A stretch of 61,134 bases of DNA from a virus (taxonomy: Duplodnaviria; Caudoviricetes). This document shows, one piece after another, positions 9,534 to 19,428 of the stretch. Within the stretch, counting starts at the first letter, position 1; each line of letters begins with the position of its first letter. The stretch spans positions 1-61,134 of IMG/VR virus record IMGVR_UViG_3300007734_000737; one strand, given 5' to 3'. The translations under genes and the position numbers were made by a program. The notes under the pieces were generated by a model that was given only the letters and a program-made list of their open reading frames with translations, made no database searches and was not told the DNA's origin.

Positions 9534-12221
9534 ATGTCATTTTCATCATCAATTTGTATAACAAATATTGGAACATTACCTTTAGGGTGTAATGTAAGTA
9601 TTTATTCAGATACAGATAATTATACCTCACCATTTCAAATAGATATACCACTTTCTCAATTAACATCAAATTGTCCATATATATTAACTAATATACCGTC
9701 TGGTACCCGATTTATTAAAATTGAAGAAACTACATCCCATTGTTGTACAATTTTAGAATTAAAACCTATTAATTTATGTGATTTATATCATCTTCAAATA
9801 CAAGGTTTCACATCAACAACCATTAGTCAGATTGTCGCAGGACTTTTAGTTGGTTCTGTTGGCGCAACTATTACCGATTATATAATTGATTGGTATGGTC
9901 CGGATAATAATACAACCATAGCATTTACTTCAGGTTATGGAAGTGCATATCCTACTATTACTTATCAACAAACCCACCCATTTACTAGAATGTCTTTACC
10001 AGGGTATTATGTACCTATGATTCGACAAATACGAATTAATGGTATTGATTATTCAAAAACCGGAGGAGCAGGATTTATTCAGGCAAACATTGATTGTTTA
10101 GAAAATCAAACAGTGGTAGTATCCCCATCAAATTGTGTTGGTAATAGACAATTACCTTATTACACTGAAAAACAATATAATAATTATTATTTTTCTCACG
10201 GTGCCTCATTTAATGCCGCTCCCGAAACATTAGAAATGGATTTTGACCTTAGCGTTAGTACAAATTATTTTGCTTGGTCTTTTAAGGCCCTTCTTGTTAG
10301 CGACACAATTGAAATAAGTTTTATAAGTGATAGATACTTAACTCCAATTGTTTTAGAATATTGGAAAATTGGGTATGAGTCATTACCTAATATATTTGTA
10401 CAACCAAAAGTATTACAGGTTACTACTGGTTTTTATTTTAGAAAAGTAACAAATCTTCATCCATTATTAAGAGGTCAAAACGATAAGATTAGAATTAAAA
10501 TAACACCTAATCCCACAAACCCTTTAACAGATTGGGATTTATATTTTATATGTTTAGATACTTTTGATTGTAAAACTTGTTATGATACATCACCACTCCC
10601 ATATAAATTAATTGAACCTTCAATACATATAACATCGGGTGAATGTAACACATATTTATTTAGTTCTGTATTTACCGGATGTACTAGTACCGATTTGCAA
10701 TCATCAAATTTATATAAATATTTACTAGACCAAACTTCTATTTCTCTAGCAGGTATTGGATTTAATGGAAACCAATATGATGCAAATTGGAACGGAACAA
10801 ATGCTCTATCATCAACTTTGTATACAGGACAAACAAATTGTGAAACAGGATATTTTATAAGTGGTTGCGACATTAGTTGTTATCCATATAATGGAGGCCC
10901 TACAACATTTAGTAAAACAAATGATGGCCCTGGAGGCACCGGTAGAATTTATATGACTTTTCAAAATTTGTCAGATTTAGAGGTTTATTGGTTTTCATAT
11001 CAAAATAATGTTGTGGCATATGGATTAGGAACATATAACGATAATACCAATCTTAATTATTATCGTAATTTTAAACTTTATATTCCTTTAGTTGACATTA
11101 ACTCTATAAATAGACCGTGTATTTCAGATGCCACCACTTTAATTCAATATACATTTCACACATCAAGTCAAGTAACAACAGGTCAAACGGAAACTCTTTT
11201 TTGGATGAATATAACAATGCCAACAGTGTCTAAAAACATCAGTTTTAATAACTGTTCTAATTGTGATTCAAAAATTAACCCTATAATTAATGAAATAACA
11301 GGTTCGTCCTTCTCCACTCTTAACCAAGCTAATTTTATTAGTAATGTTGGTGCTAAAATTTTCAAACCTTTCACTTGTTATCAATATACTTACCCAACTT
11401 TTACAACGGGAAATCAACTTAATGCTCGTGGTGCTGTGACATTAAATAATATTGTAAACGACACCATACCAATGTCAGGAGACTCTTATACATTAATACC
11501 ATCATTATCATCATCAACTTGTGATATATCAAGTTATAACACAATTTTTGACCCCGCATCAGGATTAATACCTCATACCAATTACACTAAAAACGTTATT
11601 TGTTATGACGTTAAACTAATATCCAACCCACTTAAAATTCAAATTTTTAATTGTTTCTTATCTTCTAATCTTTTAATTTATGAGTATAGTTTAAGCGGTA
11701 TAAGTGCCAACACAGTAACATATATTGACCATAATGCCTTTGTCGGACCATCTATGAAATTAGTTACGTCTCAGGGTTCGTATGATGAAGGTGGGCCAAT
11801 ACCTAATATTTATAAATCACAATATTGTGGTCAACCAAACTATTCTCCTTATATGCAGTGGGCATTAAATGGGTTACCAACTATATCAGCCACTAGTTAT
11901 TCCATACTTTGTGAGGATATTGATGCACAAGGTAGTAGCCCTGACGGGTATTTTGTTCATTGGTCAGTAACAGGTATTGACCCAACACAATTTAATATTC
12001 TTCAAAATGGTAGTTGGGTTAGTAATCCATTATTAAATGTTCAACCAACTGATTATCAATATCTTCCAAACCCATATTATGACGATAGGGCAAACGGTTG
12101 GAATGGACCTTGTCCTCCATCAGGTGAAACTCATCATTATAGAATACAAGTAACAGCAAATTTAGTGGATAATACGACAATTAAAAGTAATTATTCTACA
12201 TTCACATCTACAACCCCTTAA
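9534..12221 (+). CDS. Large Cys/Thr-rich putative virion protein with C-terminal YbhB/YbcL (PEBP/RKIP) domain
   Basis: The C-terminal ~155 aa contain YSPYMQW, SYSILCEDIDA, YFVHWSV and GWNGPCPPSGETHHYRIQVTA, which match PEBP signatures (DxDA, HW, GPCPP, HxY). Confidence 0.75.
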   Translation: MSFSSSICITNIGTLPLGCNVSIYSDTDNYTSPFQIDIPLSQLTSNCPYILTNIPSGTRFIKIEETTSHCCTILELKPINLCDLYHLQIQGFTSTTISQIVAGLLVGSVGATITDYIIDWYGPDNNTTIAFTSGYGSAYPTITYQQTHPFTRMSLPGYYVPMIRQIRINGIDYSKTGGAGFIQANIDCLENQTVVVSPSNCVGNRQLPYYTEKQYNNYYFSHGASFNAAPETLEMDFDLSVSTNYFAWSFKALLVSDTIEISFISDRYLTPIVLEYWKIGYESLPNIFVQPKVLQVTTGFYFRKVTNLHPLLRGQNDKIRIKITPNPTNPLTDWDLYFICLDTFDCKTCYDTSPLPYKLIEPSIHITSGECNTYLFSSVFTGCTSTDLQSSNLYKYLLDQTSISLAGIGFNGNQYDANWNGTNALSSTLYTGQTNCETGYFISGCDISCYPYNGGPTTFSKTNDGPGGTGRIYMTFQNLSDLEVYWFSYQNNVVAYGLGTYNDNTNLNYYRNFKLYIPLVDINSINRPCISDATTLIQYTFHTSSQVTTGQTETLFWMNITMPTVSKNISFNNCSNCDSKINPIINEITGSSFSTLNQANFISNVGAKIFKPFTCYQYTYPTFTTGNQLNARGAVTLNNIVNDTIPMSGDSYTLIPSLSSSTCDISSYNTIFDPASGLIPHTNYTKNVICYDVKLISNPLKIQIFNCFLSSNLLIYEYSLSGISANTVTYIDHNAFVGPSMKLVTSQGSYDEGGPIPNIYKSQYCGQPNYSPYMQWALNGLPTISATSYSILCEDIDAQGSSPDGYFVHWSVTGIDPTQFNILQNGSWVSNPLLNVQPTDYQYLPNPYYDDRANGWNGPCPPSGETHHYRIQVTANLVDNTTIKSNYSTFTSTTP

Positions 12222-12229
12222 AAAATATC

Positions 12230-12256
12230 CCTCCCCAAAAAGGAGGTTTTTTTTTT
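12230..12256 (+). terminator. Rho-independent terminator
   Basis: CCTCC-ccaaaaa-GGAGG followed by T10. Confidence 0.75.
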
Positions 12257-12353
12257 ATCCATTTGATTTACTCAAGGATTTCCGATATATTTATAGAAAC
12301 AAGACAAACCTGACTTATGTCGGAGCTAATATGTCATTCTAAAAAAATATAAT

Positions 12354-15143
12354 ATGGTAACACAAGAAGAAATTAAGGCATTCCTTGAAGGGAATGACCC
12401 CGAAGAGCACATAGTTGCTATCGAGTATGATTACGTCACCGACGCAATCTACAAAATCAAAGAAATCCCTGGTCAGGGAAAGATAATCAAAAAAGATACA
12501 TTTACGGCATTTGCTTGGGTTGGAGACCTTAGAGATTTGAATTTTTATTCAAAATCTAAAGACCAACAAAAAGAGGCAATGAAAAAACACGGAATCATCA
12601 TTGATAAATTAAAAACCAAAGGTAATGAGAGATTAGAGAAAGGTCTTAAATTTATGGTTAAATCAATGAAGGGTTATCGTTCACTTATTCAATTTTTTAG
12701 AGATGGTGGTGTTGACCCGTGGGGTGAAAAGACAAAAGGAAAACTAACGGTTCTTCCACCGGTTGAGCAGTTCCTTATCTCAAGAGAGAAAAGATTGTTC
12801 AAGGGGTATGAAGAATACAACGACATTACCCGACTCGGATTTGACTTGGAGACGACCGCTTTGGAACCAAAGGATGGTCGTATATTTATGATTGGAATCA
12901 AAACCAATAAAGGATATCAAAAAGTTATTGAGTGTGCTGATGAAGACCAAGAACGAAGAGGGTTAGTTGAGTTCTTCAATATTATCGATGAACTTAAACC
13001 ATCAATTATTGGTGGATACAATTCAGCAAACTTTGATTGGTTTTGGATATTTGAGAGATGTAAGGCACTTAACTTAGACATTAAAAAAATCGCTAAATCA
13101 CTAAACCCGGCAAGACCTATCTCTCAAAAAGATGGTATGTTAAAACTTGCCAACGAGGTAGAACGATTCTCTCAAACTCAATTGTGGGGTTATAACATTA
13201 TTGATATCATTCACTCAGTTCGTAGAGCACAAGCAATCAATTCAAGCATTAAGTCTGCTGGTCTTAAGTACATCACCCAATACATCAAAGCTGAATCTCC
13301 TGACCGTGTTTATATTGACCATTTAGAGATTGGTCCAATGTATGCCAAAAAAGAAGAGTATTGGTTGAATGTTGAGAATGGAAAATATAAGAAAGCGGAC
13401 AATCCGAACTTCAACAATTTAGACACAAGATTCCCGGGTAAATACCTAAAGGTGACAGGTGATAATATTGTGGAGAGATATCTTGACGATGACTTAGAGG
13501 AGACGTTGACAGTGGATGATGAGTTCAACCAAGGAACGTTTCTATTAGCGTCTATGGTACCAACAACATACGAAAGAGTTTCCACAATGGGAACCGCAAC
13601 TTTATGGAGAATGATTATGTTGGCTTGGTCATATAAGAATAATTTGGCTATCCCTGCTAAAGAAGATAAGACCGACTTCGTAGGAGGTCTCTCACGACTA
13701 CTTAAGGTGGGTTACTCTACCAATGTACTAAAACTTGACTACTCGTCTCTATACCCCTCCATTCAGCTCGTACACGACGTGTTCCCAGAGTGTGATGTGA
13801 TGGGGGGAATGAAAGGGATGTTAACTTATTTCCGTAACGCTCGTATTATGTATAAAAACTTGGCGTCGGAGTATAAGTCAATTGATTCTAAAAAATCACT
13901 TTCATACGATAGAAAACAATTACCATTAAAAATCTTCATTAACTCAATGTTTGGTGGATTATCAGCTCCACACGTTTATGAGTGGGGAGAAATGAATAGT
14001 GGTGAAAGAATCACTTGTACCGGAAGACAATATCTTCGTCAGATGGTAAAATACTTCGTAAAGAGGGGATACACACCTTTGGTACTTGATACCGATGGGG
14101 TTAACTTTAGTTTACCTGAAGGTGGTGTTGACGATAGAGTTTATATTGGAAAAGGATTAAATTGGTTGGTTAAAGAGGGTCAAGAATATAGAGGTTATTA
14201 CGCCGACACCGCAGAATACAACGACTTGTTTATGAAAGGCGAGATGGGTTTAGATTGTGACGGAACTTGGGATTCTTGTATTAATTTGAGTAGAAAGAAT
14301 TATGCCACGATGGAGTCCAACGGTAAGATTAAATTAACCGGGAACTCAATTAAATCTAAAAAATTACCACTATATATTGAGGTATTTTTAGATAAAGGTG
14401 TGAGATTATTATTGGAAGGAAAAGGACAAGAATTTATTGAGTGGTATTTTGAATATCACCAAAGAATATATGACCAACAAATTCCATTAAAGCAAATTGC
14501 TCAAAGAGCAAGAGTTAAACTATCTGTTGAAGATTATAAAAAAAGATGTACTCAAAAAACAAAGGCGGGTTCATTAATGTCACGTATGAGTCATATGGAA
14601 TTAGTGATAAAACATAACTTAAAAGTATCGTTAGGTGATGTTATTAGTTATGTTAATAATGGAACTAAATCCTCCCACGGAGACGTTCAAAAAATAACAA
14701 AAAACAATTATACTAAAAAAGAATTAGATTTATTTACATCTGTGAATGGTGTGGAACCAGAAGATAAGTCAACCTCAACAATACAACTTAATTGTTATAT
14801 GTTAGACCAAACTGAAATTGAGAATAATCCTGACTTAACCGGTGATTACAATGTTGCAAGAGCAATCTCAACATTTAATAAAAAAGTTGAACCATTGTTG
14901 ATTGTTTTTAATAAAGAGTTAAGAGAAAGTTTGTTAATTGCCAATCCGGAAGATAGAGGATTTTTTACTAAAACTCAGTGTGAGTTGATTAGTGGTATTC
15001 CAAATAAAGAGGCGGACCAAGACACAATTGAGGATTTATTAACTATCACAGATTTAGAATTAAAGTTTTGGGAAAGAGTTGGTGTTAGTTCTGAATACAT
15101 TTATGAATTAGCCGAACATGGCTGGGAGGAACATATTAACTAA
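12354..15143 (+). CDS. polB: Family B DNA polymerase
   Basis: ExoI FDLET, ExoII YNSANFD, motif A LDYSSLYPS, motif B KIFINSMFG, motif C DTDG. Confidence 0.97.
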   Translation: MVTQEEIKAFLEGNDPEEHIVAIEYDYVTDAIYKIKEIPGQGKIIKKDTFTAFAWVGDLRDLNFYSKSKDQQKEAMKKHGIIIDKLKTKGNERLEKGLKFMVKSMKGYRSLIQFFRDGGVDPWGEKTKGKLTVLPPVEQFLISREKRLFKGYEEYNDITRLGFDLETTALEPKDGRIFMIGIKTNKGYQKVIECADEDQERRGLVEFFNIIDELKPSIIGGYNSANFDWFWIFERCKALNLDIKKIAKSLNPARPISQKDGMLKLANEVERFSQTQLWGYNIIDIIHSVRRAQAINSSIKSAGLKYITQYIKAESPDRVYIDHLEIGPMYAKKEEYWLNVENGKYKKADNPNFNNLDTRFPGKYLKVTGDNIVERYLDDDLEETLTVDDEFNQGTFLLASMVPTTYERVSTMGTATLWRMIMLAWSYKNNLAIPAKEDKTDFVGGLSRLLKVGYSTNVLKLDYSSLYPSIQLVHDVFPECDVMGGMKGMLTYFRNARIMYKNLASEYKSIDSKKSLSYDRKQLPLKIFINSMFGGLSAPHVYEWGEMNSGERITCTGRQYLRQMVKYFVKRGYTPLVLDTDGVNFSLPEGGVDDRVYIGKGLNWLVKEGQEYRGYYADTAEYNDLFMKGEMGLDCDGTWDSCINLSRKNYATMESNGKIKLTGNSIKSKKLPLYIEVFLDKGVRLLLEGKGQEFIEWYFEYHQRIYDQQIPLKQIAQRARVKLSVEDYKKRCTQKTKAGSLMSRMSHMELVIKHNLKVSLGDVISYVNNGTKSSHGDVQKITKNNYTKKELDLFTSVNGVEPEDKSTSTIQLNCYMLDQTEIENNPDLTGDYNVARAISTFNKKVEPLLIVFNKELRESLLIANPEDRGFFTKTQCELISGIPNKEADQDTIEDLLTITDLELKFWERVGVSSEYIYELAEHGWEEHIN

Positions 15144-15148
15144 AACAG

Positions 15149-15175
15149 AAAAGGTGTCTCACGACACCTTTTTTT
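15149..15175. terminator. Bidirectional intrinsic terminator between convergent genes
   Basis: AAAAGGTGTC-tcac-GACACCTTTTTTT. Confidence 0.85.
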
Positions 15176-15518
15176 ATTCTAATTTTAAACCATCAGAACT
15201 TATCACATACCAACCACCATCCACTCTAAAGAACTCAACACAAGCCCCTTTATCTATTAGAATTTCATCGTATTGTTCATCTATTTGTCCCATCATTGGG
15301 ACAATTAAAACTTTAGTTAATGTTTTGATTACAATATGTTCAGTCGTATTTTGGTCTAAAAGTATTTTACAATAATCAACGTCTTTAACCAAAATAAATT
15401 CTTCACCATTTGTTCTGTGTTCCGGAATTACAACTGTTTTAATTGGTGGTTGAATTGGTAAATTGGACATTGAACCAAATATTTTATTTCCTGTTTTTGT
15501 TCTTGTTATAAAAGTCAT
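15174..15518 (-). CDS. Hypothetical small beta-rich protein, probably structural
   Basis: Co-oriented 5 nt after the neck gene; ends in a ...DGGWYVI pattern typical of small virion beta-sandwich domains. Confidence 0.5.
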   Translation of the reverse strand: MTFITRTKTGNKIFGSMSNLPIQPPIKTVVIPEHRTNGEEFILVKDVDYCKILLDQNTTEHIVIKTLTKVLIVPMMGQIDEQYDEILIDKGACVEFFRVDGGWYVISSDGLKLE

Positions 15519-15523
15519 ATAAA

Positions 15524-16645
15524 TTAAATTACGTATATTTGTCTTGGCATTGCTCTGAACTTTAATTGTTTGTTTAAGTTTTCAGCAATTAACGCCTCTC
15601 GTTCCATAACCTTTTCAGGTTTTAATCTTGTTAATCTACCTTCCGCACCAATTAATTCCTCAATTAGTTTTGTTTTTTCATCTTTAGCTTCTGTTGCTAA
15701 TGATTGATAATCCATTGTTAATTCGCTATCAGGTGTTTTGATATTCCCACTAAATTTACCACGAACTCTTGCTAATGTTTCTTTAACGTACGCAACAAAC
15801 CATCTACGAATCCAAACTTGAGCAGGATTATTTAAATCAATCCAATCAATTTCTTCAAATGGAACGTCTGACGGTAATGTAATAATGTCCGGATTTGATT
15901 TAAGACATTTGTCTCTATCGGCAGGACCAACATCGTAATACCAATACCACACTTTACCTCGTTTCATAGTTGCATTACCAAAATCAAATTTACCCCCCGG
16001 TACTTGCATTAAATGTAACGCCTTTTTACCTTCAGGTAAAGCGGTAATTCTATATGTTAAATCACCAGCAATAATTCTTCTTTGTATATTATTTTCTTGT
16101 AACCTCAATAACATATCAAAAGCAGGCATTAAAAACATAGAACCTGACATACCCATTTGTGCGAACCCACCGGGACCACCTAAGCCTGCGGCACCTAACG
16201 AACCAAAAGACCAAGGGTCTAATAATATACTATTAAGTTCTGCCGGAGTATACCACATAACTTCATTAACTTCTCTATTTGCGGGGATTTCATAAATTTG
16301 TTGTCCGGGAACTAAATCTATAAAATCTTTTTTAAGTTCCCAATCTCCCCCTGCTTGTAGTCCAACAATTTTAGAGTAAGCGTAAGTGTAACGAGTTTCA
16401 TAATCTAAACTTTTAGTTATGAATGCTCGTGATAATGATTGTGTATCTAAATTAAGATTATATAATGAAGTCCATTGTGATTCTATTAACCAATCTTGTA
16501 CATATTGAGAATAGTCACTAATAGATAATTCTAATAAACTATCCATCATCTCATCTTCAATTTCTATTGAACGAAGAGGAGCACCTAAAAGGTGTCTAAT
16601 TCTTGTATAGAGTTTGGTTCTTTCCGGTTCTGCGATAACTGCCAT
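15524..16645 (-). CDS. Neck / head-tail adaptor protein (T4 gp13-like)
   Basis: IRHLLGAPLRSIEIEDEMMD N-terminus and WIRRWFVAYVKETLARVRGKF C-terminus, both gp13-like. Confidence 0.75.
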   Translation of the reverse strand: MAVIAEPERTKLYTRIRHLLGAPLRSIEIEDEMMDSLLELSISDYSQYVQDWLIESQWTSLYNLNLDTQSLSRAFITKSLDYETRYTYAYSKIVGLQAGGDWELKKDFIDLVPGQQIYEIPANREVNEVMWYTPAELNSILLDPWSFGSLGAAGLGGPGGFAQMGMSGSMFLMPAFDMLLRLQENNIQRRIIAGDLTYRITALPEGKKALHLMQVPGGKFDFGNATMKRGKVWYWYYDVGPADRDKCLKSNPDIITLPSDVPFEEIDWIDLNNPAQVWIRRWFVAYVKETLARVRGKFSGNIKTPDSELTMDYQSLATEAKDEKTKLIEELIGAEGRLTRLKPEKVMEREALIAENLNKQLKFRAMPRQIYVI

Positions 16646-16670
16646 ATAGATTTGTGTTTCTATATAAATA

Positions 16671-17555
16671 TCAGCTAAGAGTATAAATTAAATCATCTTC
16701 AGGAAAAACAAAATTACCTTCAACAATTTTACAATGTTTGTTATCAAATATTAGGACTTCTTTATTGTTTTTGGCAAATATCATCCAATTTGTTTTATAT
16801 GGTTTAACATTTGCTGACTCAAATATTGTTGTGAAACCATCTTTAGTTTTAATGTAACCGAATGGTTTTATTTGTGCTGTTTTTAATTTACCATCAATTA
16901 TTATTTCACAATCAATACCACCAACCATATCTTCATTACTTCCAAGTTTTCCAACGGCATTAACATTATCTTGACCAAATTCTTTTTTAAGAATGTTAAC
17001 GGTTGAATCTTCTCTTTTTTGACCCCAAGCGTGAGTTTGACCTAATACCATCATAAGTGATTGGAATGTTGAGGATTCGGGGTTAAAGATTCTAGTTTTA
17101 TATTCGTTAATTATGTTAACAAATTTTTTGACTTGATTGATTTGTTCAAAGACATCTGAGTTTTGAAATGAGATTGGTTGTTGTTTTTGTGATTTTAAAA
17201 CTTTATTAACATCTCTAAGTAACACACAAAAACAACTATAATTTGTGTTTAATTTGTTAATTACTGAACGACCTTCTTGTTCTAAATCATATACACCATA
17301 CGATTCTCCATCACCATATTTTCCCTTTTCGTAGTAATTGTTGGGAAAAACATCTTTTAAAATATTGTTGATTGCGTTTTTAAATAAATTTTTAACTCTT
17401 GGGTTATTGTTAAATACTTGTCTTATTTCTTCAACTTTTGATGAGGTACATTTCTCGGCTTTGGATTCAGATAACACTAATGTTATTTTTCTATCCGTTT
17501 CATTTTTGTTAATCGTTTCAATTATAAGATTAACTTTGTTTTCTGTATTTTTCAT
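16671..17555 (-). CDS. Hypothetical protein with putative PD-(D/E)xK nuclease-like C-terminal domain
   Basis: GQKRE...EDMVGGIDCEIIIDGKLKTAQIKP gives an E...D...QxK arrangement. Confidence 0.5.
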   Translation of the reverse strand: MKNTENKVNLIIETINKNETDRKITLVLSESKAEKCTSSKVEEIRQVFNNNPRVKNLFKNAINNILKDVFPNNYYEKGKYGDGESYGVYDLEQEGRSVINKLNTNYSCFCVLLRDVNKVLKSQKQQPISFQNSDVFEQINQVKKFVNIINEYKTRIFNPESSTFQSLMMVLGQTHAWGQKREDSTVNILKKEFGQDNVNAVGKLGSNEDMVGGIDCEIIIDGKLKTAQIKPFGYIKTKDGFTTIFESANVKPYKTNWMIFAKNNKEVLIFDNKHCKIVEGNFVFPEDDLIYTLS

Positions 17556-17595
17556 ATAGGCTTGTGTTATTATGATAAATATCTGAACAACCGAA

Positions 17596-19401
17596 TTAAC
17601 CTCGGTTGTTTATCTTATTCATAATGTTTGAGATAAAATCTCCTTTGTCTTCTAAATCATCACCCATAACGGTTCCGATGTTTTGTTTCTTTTGATTTAC
17701 CATATCATAAATGATTCCTTCTATTGAATTATCAAATATTGGATAATAAACCGATACTGAATTTTTTTGTCCGTATCTGTATGCTCTATCTTCTGCTTGT
17801 GCTAAATCACCCGGAACAAATGATAGGTCATTGATGATTACGGCTTCGGCTGCGGTTAATGTGATACCAACACCTGCGGCTTTAACATTACCAACAAACA
17901 CTTTAATTTTTTCATTATCTTGGAATTGGTCAACGGCATATTGTCGTTGAGGTTTTGATGTTGACCCATCCAATCTAACGGCTTGCTTTCCAAAATGGTC
18001 GGCAATTTTGTTTAATGTGTCCGTAAAGTTGGTAAAGATAATAACTTTTTTGTCTTGTTCCAAAATATTTTCAGTTAATTCTATGGTATCTTTGATTTTT
18101 TCTTCTGCAATCACTTGACGAACTTTCATTAACTTACTAAATTGAACTGTTAAAGATGTTGATTCGTCCGGATTCTTGTTATACCAATCATAGTATTCAC
18201 CCATCAATCCTTCATAAAGTTTTGACTTTAATCTTAGATAAACAGGTGTGATAATTTTTTCGGGTAAATCTAACACTTCCGTTTTCAACCTACGTAAAAC
18301 TTGTCGGGATGTTCTATCTCTTAGTTCTTCTAAGTTTGACGCTCCGGTAACATTCCATATCTTACGAGTTCCTGCGGTAAATTGATAACCCTGACAATAT
18401 CTAATAGCGTAGGCCATCCAATTTTGGGCGACGGGACTCTCAATAAGTGACAATAGGTTAAAATAATTCATTGGACGATTAGTCATCGGTGTCCCGGTTA
18501 ATAACCATACTCTTTCACAACTTTTAGAAAAACTATTAACAAGTTTGGTTCTTGCGGCTTGTCCGTTACTAACATAATGAGCCTCATCCAAAATAATTAA
18601 ATCAAAATTTCCTTGTGTGATTAAAGATTCTGTCTTACTTTTTAAATCATAGAAGTTTTTAAGAATATCATAATTAACAATCACAAAATCGTGTTCAATT
18701 GAGAAATTCTTACCTTCGGAAATATAAACACTTCTATCGGTATAATTCTCAATCTCTCTTTGCCAGTTAATCTTTAAAGATGCCGGACAAACAATTAAGA
18801 TTTTCTTCGCACCTGTCTCTAAAGCTGCAATAATGGTTGCGGTGGTTTTACCTAATCCCATATCATCAGCGAGAATAAATCGTTTGGAACCCGCCAATTT
18901 CTCAATTGCTTCTTTTTGATGTGCAAGTGGTGGTCGGTGTGAATACTTTTCGTAATCAATTTCAACATTCTTAATTGTGTGAGTTTTAATTAAAGCACCT
19001 TTTGGTAGCCAAAAATCGTGGATTATTTCAGAATCTAATACTTTTCCCCAGACGTGGTAGGATTTTTCTTTCTCAACTAATAGCTTTTCCACCCATACCT
19101 GTTCGGGGATTTTTAGTAATAATTTTTCGTCGGCAATTTTTTTGGCAAAGTAGGGGTCTAAATCAACCCATCGTTTGGCTACCTTAGGTGTAACTTCGTA
19201 ATAATTTATAATGTAATCACATTGGGCTCTTGTAGGAAAGAATCTTTTGTTAGTTTCCTTTTGGTGTTTTAATTTTAAGATATAGTTGTTTGCCCCCTGA
19301 TAAGTTTCAAGGAGAGATATTGCTCGTTGTTCTATTGTTAAATTAGAATTTTCAGATGTATTGTTTTCCAAATTTAATCTTTTAATAGAAATATAACACA
19401 T
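17596..19401 (-). CDS. SNF2-family helicase/translocase (SMARCAL1/ZRANB3-like)
   Basis: LADDMGLGKT, LDEAH, LLTGTP, GVGITLTAA and QAEDRAYRYGQ motifs. The true start may be slightly downstream of 19401. Confidence 0.92.
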   Translation of the reverse strand: MCYISIKRLNLENNTSENSNLTIEQRAISLLETYQGANNYILKLKHQKETNKRFFPTRAQCDYIINYYEVTPKVAKRWVDLDPYFAKKIADEKLLLKIPEQVWVEKLLVEKEKSYHVWGKVLDSEIIHDFWLPKGALIKTHTIKNVEIDYEKYSHRPPLAHQKEAIEKLAGSKRFILADDMGLGKTTATIIAALETGAKKILIVCPASLKINWQREIENYTDRSVYISEGKNFSIEHDFVIVNYDILKNFYDLKSKTESLITQGNFDLIILDEAHYVSNGQAARTKLVNSFSKSCERVWLLTGTPMTNRPMNYFNLLSLIESPVAQNWMAYAIRYCQGYQFTAGTRKIWNVTGASNLEELRDRTSRQVLRRLKTEVLDLPEKIITPVYLRLKSKLYEGLMGEYYDWYNKNPDESTSLTVQFSKLMKVRQVIAEEKIKDTIELTENILEQDKKVIIFTNFTDTLNKIADHFGKQAVRLDGSTSKPQRQYAVDQFQDNEKIKVFVGNVKAAGVGITLTAAEAVIINDLSFVPGDLAQAEDRAYRYGQKNSVSVYYPIFDNSIEGIIYDMVNQKKQNIGTVMGDDLEDKGDFISNIMNKINNRG

Positions 19402-19428
19402 TTTATAATATTTATCAATAAAAACAAT

